Shown here: positions 13,870 through 27,271 of the stretch, one piece after another | How positions within the stretch are numbered: position 1 is the first letter of the stretch | Layout of the letters: each line of letters opens with the position of its first letter | Source of the DNA: Gracilinanus agilis | Lineage: Eukaryota | Assembly: GCF_016433145.1 (NCBI RefSeq) | Contig: NC_058131.1 | Location: forward strand, 176,286,924 to 176,350,923 | Direction: 5' to 3' | DNA length: 64,000 bases | The notes under the pieces: model-generated | What the model saw: the letters and a program-made list of their open reading frames with translations, nothing else | What the model was told of the DNA's origin: nothing | Database searches by the model: none | Translations under genes and position numbers: made by a program

Positions 13870-14115
13870 TCAGCTAGGTTGCAGTGAATAGGGTCCTGGG
13901 ACTGAAGTCAGTAAGACTTAACATAATTTCATTCATTTCCTATCTAAGTGAATTGGGGAAGTTGTTTACCTTCTGTGTCTCAGTTTCCACAACTATAAAA
14001 TAGGGATCATGATAACAATTCCCTCCCGGGTTGTTACAGGGATAAAATGAGATAATAATTTAATGCACTTAGCACAAATATTAAGGCCTAAATAAATGCT
14101 TCTTCCCTCCCTCTC
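13870..14115 (+). mobile_element. MIR (Ther-1-like) CORE-SINE
   Basis: tRNA-like head, CORE (CTCAGTTTCCACAACTATAAAATAGGGAT) and L2-type tail (ATAAATGCTTCTTCCCTCCCT). Confidence 0.75.
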
Positions 14116-15224
14116 GCTAATTAACAGTTAAATCACAAGATCATATTGTTAAATCACATGATAAATATTTGTGCTTTTGAAGCATAAATGTTAGACTATT
14201 TGAAAAACATAGTTGCTGGCTGTACACATTATAGGCCTTCTTAAGTTCATTATAGACCACCACTGGCCAGTTGTTCATTAGCATTTCTTTGAGAGTATAA
14301 CTGACGTGATGGTATTAGGAGAAAACAGTCACATCTGAAGAAATTCTTTCCTTACAAAGTTTACATATAAACATTGTTGAAAATGAAGTAATACATGCAA
14401 ACTGAACTTTAAGCATTTTTATAATTTAATGTAATACTTATCATTAGTCAGCAGATAAAGTAAATATTTTATGTTTTAATTAGGCCTTTTTTTTTTTTAG
14501 GTAATTGAGTGACTATAATTAAAAAATAAAGTTCCTTTTCTCTCAGGAAGAGAGTTAGCAAAATTATCCTACCAATTTACCCTATATATTTGTGAGTGAA
14601 CATTTTCAATTTATTCGTGGTTTAAATTAAAATAAAGAAATAAGCTCAATAGGGAGCCAGACATGGCTCTTTACCAATATCATTATTGACAACAATTAAA
14701 ATTATTTTTCAATATTATCATTTATAAAATAATAACATTAAGTTTTTATTAGTTTCTATTAAAATAATGTATGATTTAATAAAGGCAGAGGATATGAATT
14801 ATTTTTAAAAGAGGTTTTAAATAGATATATTTCTCTACAAAGCTTATAGACTGGATCATTGCCCTTTGAGACAACAGTTTCACTATGAAGTCAACATCTC
14901 CCCTTTTTTCCTCTGATTCCTTTAGTTTCAAAAGAAACCTAAAACAGATGTTTTAAAAGAGTGCTCAGAATTGCCCCCTCCCCAATGATTTTTCATTTTC
15001 TTTCAGACTTGGAAATTGAAACTTCCTTTTCCTAAGTGTATATTGATGGTCTTAGGGATAATTGTCATATCTGCAGGTTTGGAAAATGGAAAAAAGGAAA
15101 TATATTTCCTCGATCCCATAGAATAGTGAGGCTCCCAATGCTGCAAATGAATAAAGGGCTGGCTTAGGGCTAGAGATAGAAGGCTAAGAACCAATTCTCT
15201 TTTTTTCTTTGTCTGGGAAGTCAA

Positions 15225-15365
15225 GTTAACAAGCATTCTATAAATCGCTTATGTGCCAGGAGCTGTGCTGAGCTAGAAATGAAAACAAAAGCAAAAATAA
15301 AGGTAGTCCTTGTCCTCAACAAGCTTACATTCTACTCTGAGAAGATGACACGTAAAAATAAGCTG
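15225..15365 (-). mobile_element. L2 3' end, antisense
   Basis: AACAAGCATT...TATGTGCCAGG...TGCTGAGC...GTCCTTGTCCTCAACAAGCTTACATTCTA is the typical antisense L2 tail. Confidence 0.7.
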
Positions 15366-18300
15366 AAAAAAGGATAATAAGAAGGTTTCCACAAGTAGGG
15401 GAGGGGAAAATGATAGAGAAAGAAATCCAGAGAGCCAGAAGCAGAGCACAGAGAGCCATGAAGTGAATATGGTTGGCTTGAGTTCCAGGAGGAACTGAAT
15501 AATCAAAGCAAATAACTGTAAAGGCACAGTGATCTTCTAGGGCGATGCTTTTATATTCATTCATTCCCCAGTTGATGAATATCATTTTGCTTAGAGTTCT
15601 TGACCACCACAAAAAGAACTGCTGCAAATATTTTTGAACATATGATCTTTTTACCACTCTTAGGTATTGGGGGTTATTGTCTTCTTTTCTTTGGATTATC
15701 TGGCCACATTTCTTTCCCTAAAGATGACTTAAAAATTTTAATAAAGACATAGTTATCAGAACTTCTATCTCATCTACTCACATTCAAATCTTTCTTCACT
15801 GGGTAGTTGTTTTGTTAAATGTAGCATGCTAAACTTTTGATATTTGGAGCAGTTTTCAGCCTGCTCAGAGCAATGTATCAAACACAAAGAACAAGATAAC
15901 AATGTACATATTAGTAAAATATTTGAGATGATTTTAGGAGGGGGCATTCTGTTCTTTCCTCTTCACTTAGTCACTAATGCTATTGGATTTACAAGTCCAC
16001 GTGGATTTTATTGTTATTCAGCTTAGTTGACGTCACAGAATGTTTTTATAATGGGAATCACTACATTTTGCCACCTGCACTGTCATACCCACTGAGTGAG
16101 ATGCCATCATTTCTCTAATTATAACTATGACTCTTCAATTAAAAAAAATATTGAACATTTTTTTAAAAAGACATCAGGATTTAGGTAAAATAATCCCCTG
16201 CCAACAGCAGACAACAGTTTTAGTCTTAGCTTTGATATTTATTCACCATGTGATTCAGGTATTGTGAGTTCCTAGAGGTCAGATATTATATTATGCCTTC
16301 TTTTTATCCCCAGCACCTAGCACAGTGCCTAGCACATAGTAGGTGATCAGTACATGTTATCAACTCGGTAGGCCATTTCACCTCACAACTTCTATTTTCT
16401 CATCTGTTAAATGTGAATAATAACAATTGTACTGCCTTATTTACAGTAGAGTTTTGAAGAGTCATTGTTAAACTTGGAGTTTTATACTAAGGTATCCCTC
16501 CTCAAAATTTCCTAGAATACTCGCCGTATCTCTACTTTGCCCCAAATACTACTCTGTCAAAAAAAAATTAAGTTACCTGAAAGCAACCTGTCATTTTTTC
16601 TTTGTATTCAGATTGCCTATAACAATGTCTTACATATATAGAGTAAGCAGTTATTTGTTAAATGTATATCTTGTCATATGTTCTCCAAAGTAAATATCCA
16701 CAGTCCTTTAAGTCCTACTTTATCATGGTTTCAAATTGCCCCAGCCTTCTAGTAACCTACTTATGGGCTTGCTTGAACTTAGCAATGTCCTTCCCAATAT
16801 ATGGTACACAGAATTCTAGATGTGGTTGGTCAAGAAAAGAACAGAATAAAAATAGCATATCTACTCATTCAACTTCATGGACTTCCGGCAAAGTCATAGG
16901 TCCTCCTCAGAAAGGTTAATAAAGAATTTGGAACACCTGGTTTCCACAAGTCCCCAAAAGCAACAGAAAACACAGTTTCATGGGACAATTGGTCATTTCA
17001 CTTTTAAGTGCTTGTGTTAAAAAGTAGTCAGGAAGTTTAACTGGTTATGGGCTAGAGTGAGTTGAGCTTCCTAAATTATAAAGAAAAGATTCCTTAGTGA
17101 CTTTTGCAATGAAATTATTATTTTTAATGTATTGTGAAGATATTATCCTAAGTATAAAGAAGAATATAAGACAAAGGGAAACAAAGCGATCTTTTTTACC
17201 CTTGGGCAGGGGACATAAAATTTGCCAAATACAATAGGAAGGAGATAGATAAAAGAAAGCAAAATCATTGGAGACTAAGATAAGCAAAGGATGAATAGAG
17301 CTACTGAAACATAAGCACAACAGGACCATTTCTAAGACAAAGATGAAAAGTCCCAGCTGGAGTTTGGGTTAAGCATATCTGGGCTTATGTTAACACATGC
17401 CAATCATTTTGTCACATAGTCAAACAAATACAGAAGGTGACGCATTAGAATCTGATATTTGAGTGATGTTTAAGGAATAGAAAGCCAGTGAGAGGACTGC
17501 CTACAAGCATCATGAGGACAGGAGGAGAATGGAATGTGGCTTATTGAATCTAAAGTTTTGTATCCAGATGGAACGCAACACTTGATTTAGGTATAGGCAA
17601 TGGGCTCATTTTCTCTATCTTTTAAGCAAAGATGTGTGGACTAAATAATTAGTTAAAACTCAGATAGCTTCTTCTGTGATTGACATAATTGAAGAAGGTA
17701 AGGTTAAGTAGGAAAATCTGGAAATTCAATCATTCCACCATAGAATGGAAGAAATATTACAATATTTCTATAGTAAACTATGCTCAATACCATTTGTAAT
17801 GGAATAGTCACATTTAAATTAAAATAATATGCTATGTGATTGACCATTAAGGAATAAAAATATAACAATAAAATAAATCCAAATTAAGGATACCATAATT
17901 ATAAAGATAACCACAAGCATGGAATTTTAAGATATTTTAAAGAAAAAAAAACATGCCTAAAGAATTAAAAAATATCATACATAGATAGCAACATTACTCC
18001 AAAAATTATTTAAAATATATCAAACAAGTAAGAATACTTGTCATCTCTAGACAATAATCCACGTATGTGTTAGTGATTAACATAAAATGAAAGATTAGAA
18101 ATTATCCTCAAAATGGATGGAGGAGAAAAGGTATAGCCTACTTCTATTAGGACTGCTAATAAAAAAATAGTTTTAAAAAGAAAATTGTAACAAGAAGTAA
18201 TCAAGAAATCCAAGGAAAACTACAATTTTTCAGCCCAGGTCACCACAAAGAGACAACCAGAAACGTATAAGAGCTAAGATATGTCTGTCTGATCAGAAAA

Positions 18301-18632
18301 GACTGGAATTGGTAATCAATAATATTCTTACTTTGCATCCATGCCCCTACTAGCCTCAATGCTTCAGTTAAACACATAAACCAACTAACATGCTTGTGCT
18401 TTGAGACTCATTTAGGAATATATCAGTCCTACTGCAGAAGTGCAGCCAGCATACCCCATTCTTGACCTTTCTGTATTGCAAGGTTTTTGATTAGTTACAA
18501 CATTGTAAATAGTTTAATGAATTCCTAATTATTGAATCTGGAGACTTTTTTAAAAGATATTTTTTGTGTGAAGGTGGATTCTCTACCCAAAGAACACATG
18601 GAAAAGGGATTCCACATAGAAAATGAGGTTCC

Positions 18633-18845
18633 GGGGGCAGCTGGGTAGCTCAGTGGATTGAGAGCCAGGCCTAGAGACGGGAGGTCCTAGGTTCAAATCC
18701 GGCCTCAGACACTTCCCAGCTGTGTGACCCTGGGCAAGTCACTTGACCCCCATTGCCTACCCTTACCACTCTTCCACCTATAAGTCAATACACAGAAGTT
18801 AAGGGTTTAAAATTTAAAAAAAAATAAAATAAAATAAAATAAAAT
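18633..18845 (+). mobile_element. SINE-1, young, (AAAAT)n tail, with TSD
   Basis: Intact A/B boxes and retained CpGs. 12-bp TSD AAAATGAGGTTC at 18620-18631 and 18846-18857. Confidence 0.95.
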
Positions 18846-19031
18846 AAAATGAGGTTCTCTGGATGTTCTTATATATGAAAATCATTGTGTGATTACATCA
18901 ATTAAACAAATATTTATTAATTTCCTACTATGTGCAAATCAAAGAATTATAGCAGGCCTCTTCCAAGAGATCCACAGACCATCAAGAGACAGACTTTACA
19001 AAAACAAAGTAAATTAATAATAAATGTTACT

Positions 19032-19200
19032 GGGGCAGCAAGGTAGCACAATGGAGAGAGTATTAGAGTGGTGAAGACCTGGATTCAAATTTGGCCTCAG
19101 ACACTTCCTGGTGACCCTGGGCAAGTCACTTTATCCCCATTGCCTAGCCCTTGCTGTTCTTCTGTCTTAGAATTGATACTGAGACAAAAGCTTTAAAAAG
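19032..19200 (+). mobile_element. Older SINE-1-like CORE-SINE
   Basis: GGGGCAGCAAGGTAGC...GGATTCAAATTTGGCCTCAGACACTTCC...CCATTGCCTAGCCCTT...TCTGTCTTAGAATTGATACT. Confidence 0.85.
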
Positions 19201-20949
19201 TAAATATTATCCAGATAATGTTATGAAGTTAGGTGGTCATCCCTTTGAGTTCTTTCAATAAGGATATATGCCTTGAACAGATACAATAAATTAACAATAT
19301 TCCAATCCCAGAATTTAATAAAGGAGAAGTCTGGGTGTTTTACATTTATGAAATTGTGCACAACCATGGTTGTAATCTCTTCCCTAACACAAAATGATCT
19401 TTTCCATGCAGATCAATTCCTGGTACTGTGATTTACCTGTGAATCATAGAAAACCATCATCTCTAGAGAATTATAGAATCTCTGATTTTTTAAGGGGCAT
19501 CAAAGGTCATCCCATCAAATTCATAGGTAGACCAGAATCCCATCTGGGCAAAAGTTCAACAAGCATTTATTAATTACTTCCCATGTGCCAGTTACTGTGC
19601 TGAATCCTAGGAATAAAGAAAAAAATAATCTGCTCTACTGGAACTCACAGTCAATTGAGAGAAGAGAGACAAATTGCAAATAAGTATGTGCAAACAAGAA
19701 ATAAATAGGATAACCTACTTGGCAAGTGGTCATTTAGCCATTTATTGAAGACTTTTGATGAGTAATTCGGAAGGCAAAATCTTAAATAACTGAAGAAACA
19801 AAGGTTCGAGCTCCTGAGCATATTGATTTATTAAGTAATGTCTGCCAATTGCTTAACAAATTGGTATCAAGTCTTCCTCAGCTTGGCATTGTACCCTAAA
19901 TACAGGGGAAGATAGATTTTTATGCATTAAAAGATAATAAGCAGGATGCACAATAGGATATATAATTAGGGAATCATTTCTTATTGGAAGAAATGTGAGA
20001 GGAATTGAGTTGGGAGGGAGATTAGTGAATTTCAAGAGTTGGGAGGCTGAGCAAATAGACACAATTCAATGAAATCAGAAAAAGGTGTCCCTCTGTCCTA
20101 AAGTGTTTATTTTAAATCAAAAGAGCATGGAAACAATAATTGATTAACCACTATATGGCTATTTTTCAGACAAGTCATATGAGGTTGCTTGATATACATA
20201 ATTATGGGAAAATTCTCTGCATCAATCTGTGGGTCTGACTGGGTTTCTGGCCAACATAACCAAGATCTTTGGAGAAGAGTCTCTAAGAAACAGGTGGCCA
20301 AGCTTCCCAGCTATGCATAGGTAGGTTCAAACAATGCAATAAAGTTTTCTTATAATTCCTGTAACTGAATAATGTTTTCTCACAAGACAGAAATTGGACT
20401 AGACCTATAATTGAATAGAAAGGGTAGTGAGCCAGGTCCAGAATTGAGTTATAAGAGAGTCATTATGGTTCACTCAATTCCCACAATTCCCTCAATAATA
20501 ACCTATTACTTTCCCAACCATCCCATTCCACTTTGAAGAAACCAATTGTTAGGAAGTTTTGTTCATTTGTTTTCCTTTAATTGAGGCAGTTTGTTGCTAT
20601 GTACATTCTCCATGTTGCTCCTCCTTCTATTTTCTAGGACAATCAAAATTATGAGTTATCTGAAGTACAGTGAAGAGATGTATATAGATATAAGTAAGTT
20701 GCAACATATTACCAAAGGTGATATACATTTGAAAAGCAGTATAAAGACACAGCACAAACATGTTACCAGAAAACAGATGAACCATTCATGCACATGTGCT
20801 TGTAGGATAGAAAACTTCAGTTTTTCACTGAAAGCTACATAACCTAAAGGAAGTAGAGCAGCGCACTAAAAAATCCTCTGTGGAAGACTTAGGAATAAAC
20901 ATAGAAAAGAGAAGGCATGGAAGAGTTGCAAATCTCTATGGTAATAAGA

Positions 20950-21210
20950 TGGAGTCATGGTTGGAGCACTAAGCCTGGGGTTAGGGAGACTTGAGTTCAA
21001 GTCTCATCTCAGATGTGCACCTAGTCTTTAGGGTAGCTGGGGAAAAATTACTTAATCTCTATTTGCTTCAGTCATCTCAACTGTCAAAAAAATGGAGGTA
21101 ATAAAAACAACTGCCTCACAGGGTTGTTGGGAGGAAGAGATAATATTTACAAAGGACTTAACATCATGTCTGGCATAGAGGAGGGGAAATATAAAAGCTT
21201 ATTTCCTTCC
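20950..21210 (+). mobile_element. MIR CORE-SINE
   Basis: Head with B-box GAGTTCAAGTC, CORE region and L2-type tail (GCTTATTTCCTTCCCT). Confidence 0.7.
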
Positions 21211-21289
21211 CTCACTTACTCTTGCCCCCATGGTAGATGGAGACTCAAATCAATGAGATCATGAACTCATCAAATATTGCTGCATAATC

Positions 21290-21990
21290 AAAAAGGGAAA
21301 TAACGTTTGTCTAAAATGAACAGTTCTTAATGAATCTATGCTAACTGGTTGTGATTAATCTTTTTATTTCTCAGAAACCATCCCTGAATTTGCCAGGAAT
21401 CAACATCAAAGTCACAAGCCTATATTTTGAAAAACCCAACTCTTCTTTTTTTCCTGAAAATTGGGATATTTCCTGTTTCCTCTTTTGTAAGAATATCTCC
21501 TGTTAGCTATGATTTTCCAGAGTCCAAATTCATCATTTTTTTCAAGTATCTGGAATCTTATTTTTCCTGGCTTTGTTTCTTTTGTTCACTCAGGGTCTCT
21601 GTGTGCTTCCTTAACATATTCATACACGAGAAGGAACCTAGAAAAATAGTAACCTTATTCTATCCTTTCTAGTTTAAAGATAATTCAGGGAAATTAAAGG
21701 CAAACTGCATTCCATCTTCTCTTCATGTTTTTATCTTCATGCTATTCACTACCAAGCATCTCTCCTATCTTTGCTTTGTTCTTTTCCCTTGACCCTAACA
21801 TGGTTTTAAAACCTCTTTTTGTTGTCCTTAACATTTATTTGAAAGATTTATTTCATATAGAGCTTTAGTCTTCCTGGCATTCTTACAAGAGACTTCTAGC
21901 CTTTGTATTTGTCCTCTTAACTGCCCCCTTTTAAATCCTTTGTACATTTTTTCAGTTATTGATGCATTCTCTGTGCAACAATATTAACCC
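21290..21990 (-). mobile_element. L3/CR1 LINE RT-region remnant, antisense
   Basis: GAATTTGCCAGGAATCAACATCAAAGTCACAAGCCTATATTTTG...TTTTTCCTGAAAATTGGGATATTT resembles the antisense CR1 RT N-terminal region; heavily decayed. Confidence 0.55.
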
Positions 21991-22559
21991 ATTTAGAGAC
22001 TTCCCAATTTTCTTCCTTACCATAATTCAGTATATGAACATAGGAATAAATAGACACAAGAATCAGAGACATTAGTTTGAGATTTGGATAAAGAACTAAA
22101 GAAATAGATGACCTTCTCAAATAACTCAACCCCTCTAGCCTCAGTTTCTTCATTTTTAAAAGAAGTTGAACCAAATAATAGCTAAAGTTAGCATCTTACA
22201 TTTAATTATTATATATTATTTATAATGATTATATAGTCCATTCCCAGAGGGATCCTTTTAACTAGTAGGACATACATATACATAATATTTGTAACAAATA
22301 GTATATATAATTTTATATATAATATTATACATAATATTCATAGTATATAATAAATATTGAGTATAATATTTATATATAAAATTACAAGTCAGAATATAGG
22401 TGCTAGAAATGATGTAGAGAGTATATCTACCCTATCATCATTAAAATTTTTAATTTTATTTATTATTATTATTTAAATTATTTAGAATTTTTATTTTAAA
22501 ATTTATTTATTTGTTTGCTACATTAAAACTTCCAATTTGGAGATGAAATAAATCAAAGT

Positions 22560-22955
22560 TACATTTAACCATAGGGAAAAAGGTTTAAAATCATTATTGA
22601 TTAGAGAAATGCAAGCTAAAACAACTCTAAAATGTCTATTCGCATCTATCAGATTGACTAAGATTATAATATAAAAGGGTAAAATAAGTATTGGAGGGAT
22701 GTAGGAAAATGGGGACACTAATACACTCTTACTATAACTGTAAACTGATTCAACTATCTTCAAGACCAATCTGGAATTATGCCCAGAGGTATAAAACTGT
22801 GTAGACCTTAGCCAGCAATACCACTAATAGGCTTGTTTCAAGAAATTGAAGGAATTAGAATCCATCTCTTTTCACAGATGATATGATGGTATATGTAAAA
22901 AGTCATAGAGATTCAAATAAAAATTAATTGAAACAATCAATAATTTTAGCAAAAT
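22560..22955 (+). mobile_element. Two L1 ORF2 fragments (C-terminal piece, then RT-core piece)
   Basis: 22570-22850 translates to LLIREMQAKTTL...CWRDVGKWGH-like ORF2 C-terminal sequence. 22860-22955 translates to SLFTDDMMVYV...KKLIETINNFSK, the RT catalytic FADD-type motif. Confidence 0.75.
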
Positions 22956-23111
22956 CTTTATTATTTTAGAATAAGAAAAGCATATCTGGTTAGGGAAACT
23001 AAATAGGCTTTATGGAGTAAGTCAGACTTGAAATGCAATTTAAATCATGGGTAGAATTTGGAAAGTTAGAAATTCATGCAGAAGACATCTTCAGATTGAT
23101 GTATCCATTTT

Positions 23112-23291
23112 TTTTTTAACCCTTAACTTCTGTGTATTGGTTCTTAGGTGGAAAAGTGGTAAGGGTGGGCAATGGGGGTCGAGTGACTTGCCCAGGGTCA
23201 CACAGCTGGGAAATGTCTGAGGTCAGATTTGAACCCAGGACCTCCCATCTCTAAGCCTGACTCTCAATCCACTGAGCTACCCAGCTGCCCC
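23112..23291 (-). mobile_element. SINE-1, antisense, with TSD
   Basis: Reverse complement of SINE-1. 15-bp TSD TGATGTATCCATTTT at 23097-23111 and 23292-23306. Confidence 0.95.
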
Positions 23292-25284
23292 TGATGTATC
23301 CATTTTAAAGAACTGGACCCAGACACATAGGGTATGTTCATCTTGTAGTTCCAAGAAGCTAGAGATACCAATAAGTGGTGGGGAAAATAATAGCAAATAG
23401 AGCTGGAAAAAAAGGTCAAAGCACTATTACACTGGGCTTTGAATGTCAATCTGAGGTCCATGGACTTAATTTAGTAGGATAGAGAAATGAAGTTTATTTT
23501 GACCAGGAAAAGGGTAGATCCAGAGTTGGGAGACAGAAAACATGGAAACTAATTAGGAGGCTATCACAATAGCCCCCCAAAAAGGTGACAAGGGTCTGAA
23601 TTAGGATGGTTGCGTGGAATAGCCATTTGGTAAAATTTGTTGAAATAAATGGAAAAGAAGGGATAGATGTGAGGACATTTCAGAGGTGGAGGTGTGGGGA
23701 TTATGAGAAGAAAAAAATAAAATATAATATCAAGTTTTTGAGCATAAATAATAGGGAGATTTGTGATGTTAATTCACAAAACTGGACATGTTAGAAAGTA
23801 GAGCTGGTTTGGGTAGGAGGAGGTTAAGTATAATTTTGGACATGCTATGTTCACTGTCAGGACACTACTGGACCCCTTGGAATAAGCAGTACAGACATGG
23901 CACTAGAAGTGGAGAGAAAAGTCAGGGCTAGAAATGAAGATTTCAGAGTTTTGAGCAGAGAGTTCATTCCTGAAGCAAAATGGCAGAGTGAAAAGAGGGC
24001 CAAATGGAGTCAGAAAACCTGAATTCAAAGTCTCTTACCACATTTTGGTATGACCACGGTCAAATCTTTTCAGGCTTCGCCTTTGCCGGCCTCGCCTGTG
24101 GCAGGCCTCAGTTTCCTTATTGGTAAAACAAATGAGAGAGATGAATTCTCAACTCCTTTTTAACTCTGCATCGGCAGTCCTATATAAAACCATGGAAGTA
24201 TGTGAGATCAGCACCAAGAGGACAGGGGAGCAACCTTGCCATCCACCGAGGAAGGGATTCAGTCTTGAGATGAGTAGATGACTGAGGGTTCTCCCTCCGA
24301 GAGGGATTCCTAAGCATGCTTTGTATAACTAGTTGCTTATGCTCACTAGTCAGACTTCCTGCTTTGACAATAAATCTGCCCAGACTCCATTTTATTATTT
24401 GAATAATTTTTCACAAGAAGCCTCCATCTGTATAAGCATTAATCAGTGCCACAAACTGGAGCGGTGAATCTCCATATACAGATGCATTATGTAAAACAGG
24501 CTAAACATTCTAATACATGGAGCTTTATATCTTAAGCCTCCCTTGACATGGGCTTGCTTTAAGTCCTATCTCCTGCCTAATGGCTTATGTTTAATTTATT
24601 ACCCTAAATTGAAGGGACAAATTGCTTTAAACATAAAGCATTTAATCTCCCAGACCCCTCACCTCCCCAAAAATTCCCTCTGGCATTATCTGCAAGAACA
24701 TCATGAAATACAACAACTAACATTTCTATGTGGCTTGAAAATTTTATTTTCAATATTATTTTCTTTCTTTATGACTTTCCTTATGACAATATATTACTTT
24801 CCTTATGACAACCTGCAAGGAAAACACTGTCCATATTAGTAGTCCCATTTTACAGAAGGGGGAAATTGAGGCTCAGACAAGCAATGTCCTTTACCCAGTC
24901 ACATAGCACCAGGATTGAAAATATGTACATGATATGTTGTATATGTGTTTGCATACATTTATTCACATATATGTATATACATGAAAGTATATATTATATG
25001 TGTATATTATATATGCACATATCATAGTATATATACAAATATAGGTATAGATAAATATACATAGGAATATGGATATATAAAAAATGGATATATATCAATC
25101 ACCCACAGAGAGATGTAATTTATCTAGATATTTACTAGAGCTATCTATCAAAATGCATCTATATATTGTGTTTATGTCTACAAACAGAGCTGGTTTTAAA
25201 ATTAATTTAATTTCTCAAATGTCATTCTCAGGAAATGATTTGTATAGAAAAATATCTATCCATACATATCTCTCTAGCTATCTA

Positions 25285-25525
25285 GGGGGAGATAGGCAGC
25301 ACACTGGATAAAGCACCTGGCCTAGAGTCAGGAAAACCTGAGTACAAATCTGCCCTCAGACATTATCATATAACCCTGGACAAGCCATTTGCCCTCATTT
25401 GCCTCAGTTTGCACATCTGTAAAATGAGCTGGAGAAGGAAATGGGAGCCACTCTAGCCTCTTTGCTGAGAAAACCCCAAATAGGGTCATGAAGAATCAGA
25501 CACAACTGAAAGAACCGAACAACAA
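25285..25525 (+). mobile_element. Mar1-type CORE-SINE with RTE/BovB-derived tail
   Basis: tRNA-like head, CORE (CCTCAGTTTGCACATCTGTAAAATGAG), then the RTE-type 3' end GGAGAAGGAAATGG...GAAGAATCAGACACAACTGAAAGAACCGAACAACAA. Confidence 0.85.
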
Positions 25526-27271
25526 ATTTATCTCTATATGGAATGGGATGAAAGGCAGGAGCAAAGAGGAAGTGAGAAATATAGCATCACTTTTTTCTCT
25601 CTCCATCAAAATAGGATGAAACAGGGAGTCAGCTATTGACAGTTTGTGTGTGTTTGAGAAGCTGGAGGTACCAATGTTTGATTTATTCATTCTCTGTGTG
25701 TGTGTGAATATGTGTCCTGCATCAAATAGAATTTTACATTTCATTTCTGCATGTTTGCACCTCTGCACTGTATGAGAAAGAGAGCCCAGTGGGGCCTTGT
25801 GCTTCAGACATTATTTCTCACTGAAATGATGAAGTTCCTGTCCATTGCCAATGCTGCAGAGTCCACAGATGAAACCAGTGGGATGAGACCGTCCAGGACT
25901 GGATGGCCGCCTTCTTTCACTGACAGTGTCACAGAAGGAGTGGAACATAATGCCAAGACATTGTAAAGGGTTTTTTTTTCTATATAGCTAGTCAATAGGT
26001 GAGCATATTTGTATGCATGAAACTAATGTTGGCACCAGGAAAATCAAGGTTAGGACTTGACACTGTTCAGGGATGGCAGATCTAAGGAATCAACTGAAAA
26101 AAAAGGGACCAAATTCAGTTTTAGAAATGACTGCTCCCTCCTTTATTGAGAATATAACGCCACAATGTCTTTCTACACTAGTTCTAGTCTAAGTGCTTAT
26201 AAAATCGAGGGATTAAGGAGCTGGATGGAAACTAAGAGCTCACAAAATTTAACTCCATGTTACACATGAAGATCAGCGACAAAGACTTCACCAGGACCAC
26301 TAAGCTAGTTATAGATAGTAAAGACTTAGAATCCACGGGTCTAAGATGAAACCTAGTACTTCTGTTAGGCTAAAATGCCCCTTTTTTGCATACTTCTCAT
26401 GCATTTATCATATATTATTTGTTTTTACACATATCTATGTGTTATATCTCCCCACTATACTGAAGTTAACCAATGGCAAAGAACAGATCATACCAGTTAA
26501 TGGCATCTCATCCAAAGTTGGCTATAATGCTCTGCACATAGTAGACACTTAGGTTTGTTTTGTTTTGTTTTTTTTAAGTTAATGGATTTATTTGAATTAT
26601 CTTTCTTGGCATCTCTGCAGCTTTTGACACTGTTGGCCACTGCCTTGTCCGGGATACACTGCCCTCCTTCTTTCTGTGTTACACTGCCCTCTCCTGATTT
26701 TCTTCTTGCTTTTTTGACCCTTCTTTCTCAATCCCCATTGCTGGATCATTACGCATGCCTTTCACTCGCCTAGTGGTAGGTGCCTTCTAAATGTCAGTCC
26801 TCGGTTTTCCTCTCTGTTCTCTGTATATCCTCTCTCTCAGATCTAATGGGCTCTAGTAGGTTTAATTATCATCCCTTTCTGAGTTACTTTTAAATTCATA
26901 TATCCAACCCTAATCTCTTTCCTGAGTTCTAATCCCACATTTCCAAAAACCTCTTAGATATCTCCACCTGAATATATTGTTATATATTGTTAGACTCTGA
27001 TTTCATTACATCAAGAACAGAACTTATCTTCCCTACTAAGTCACTGCTTCTTCAGACTTCTTTATTACTTTTGAGGGTACCAGCTCCCTTCTATTCAACA
27101 GAGTCCATAAACTCAGACTGTCCTCAACTCTTCCTTCTTCCTCATCTGCCACATTCAATTAATTGTCAATTCTTGTTGAAGTGACTTTAAATATTTCTGA
27201 CATCTAGACACATACTGCCCTATCATGTGACTACCACTCTAATTCATGTACTCATCTCCTTTCATTCAGAC

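Noticed and set aside
25815-25885. SECIS element or hammerhead ribozyme
   Set aside because: ATGA-to-AA spacing is about 17 nt rather than 11-12 and helix II does not pair. There is no CTGATGA...GAAA core with flanking stems.
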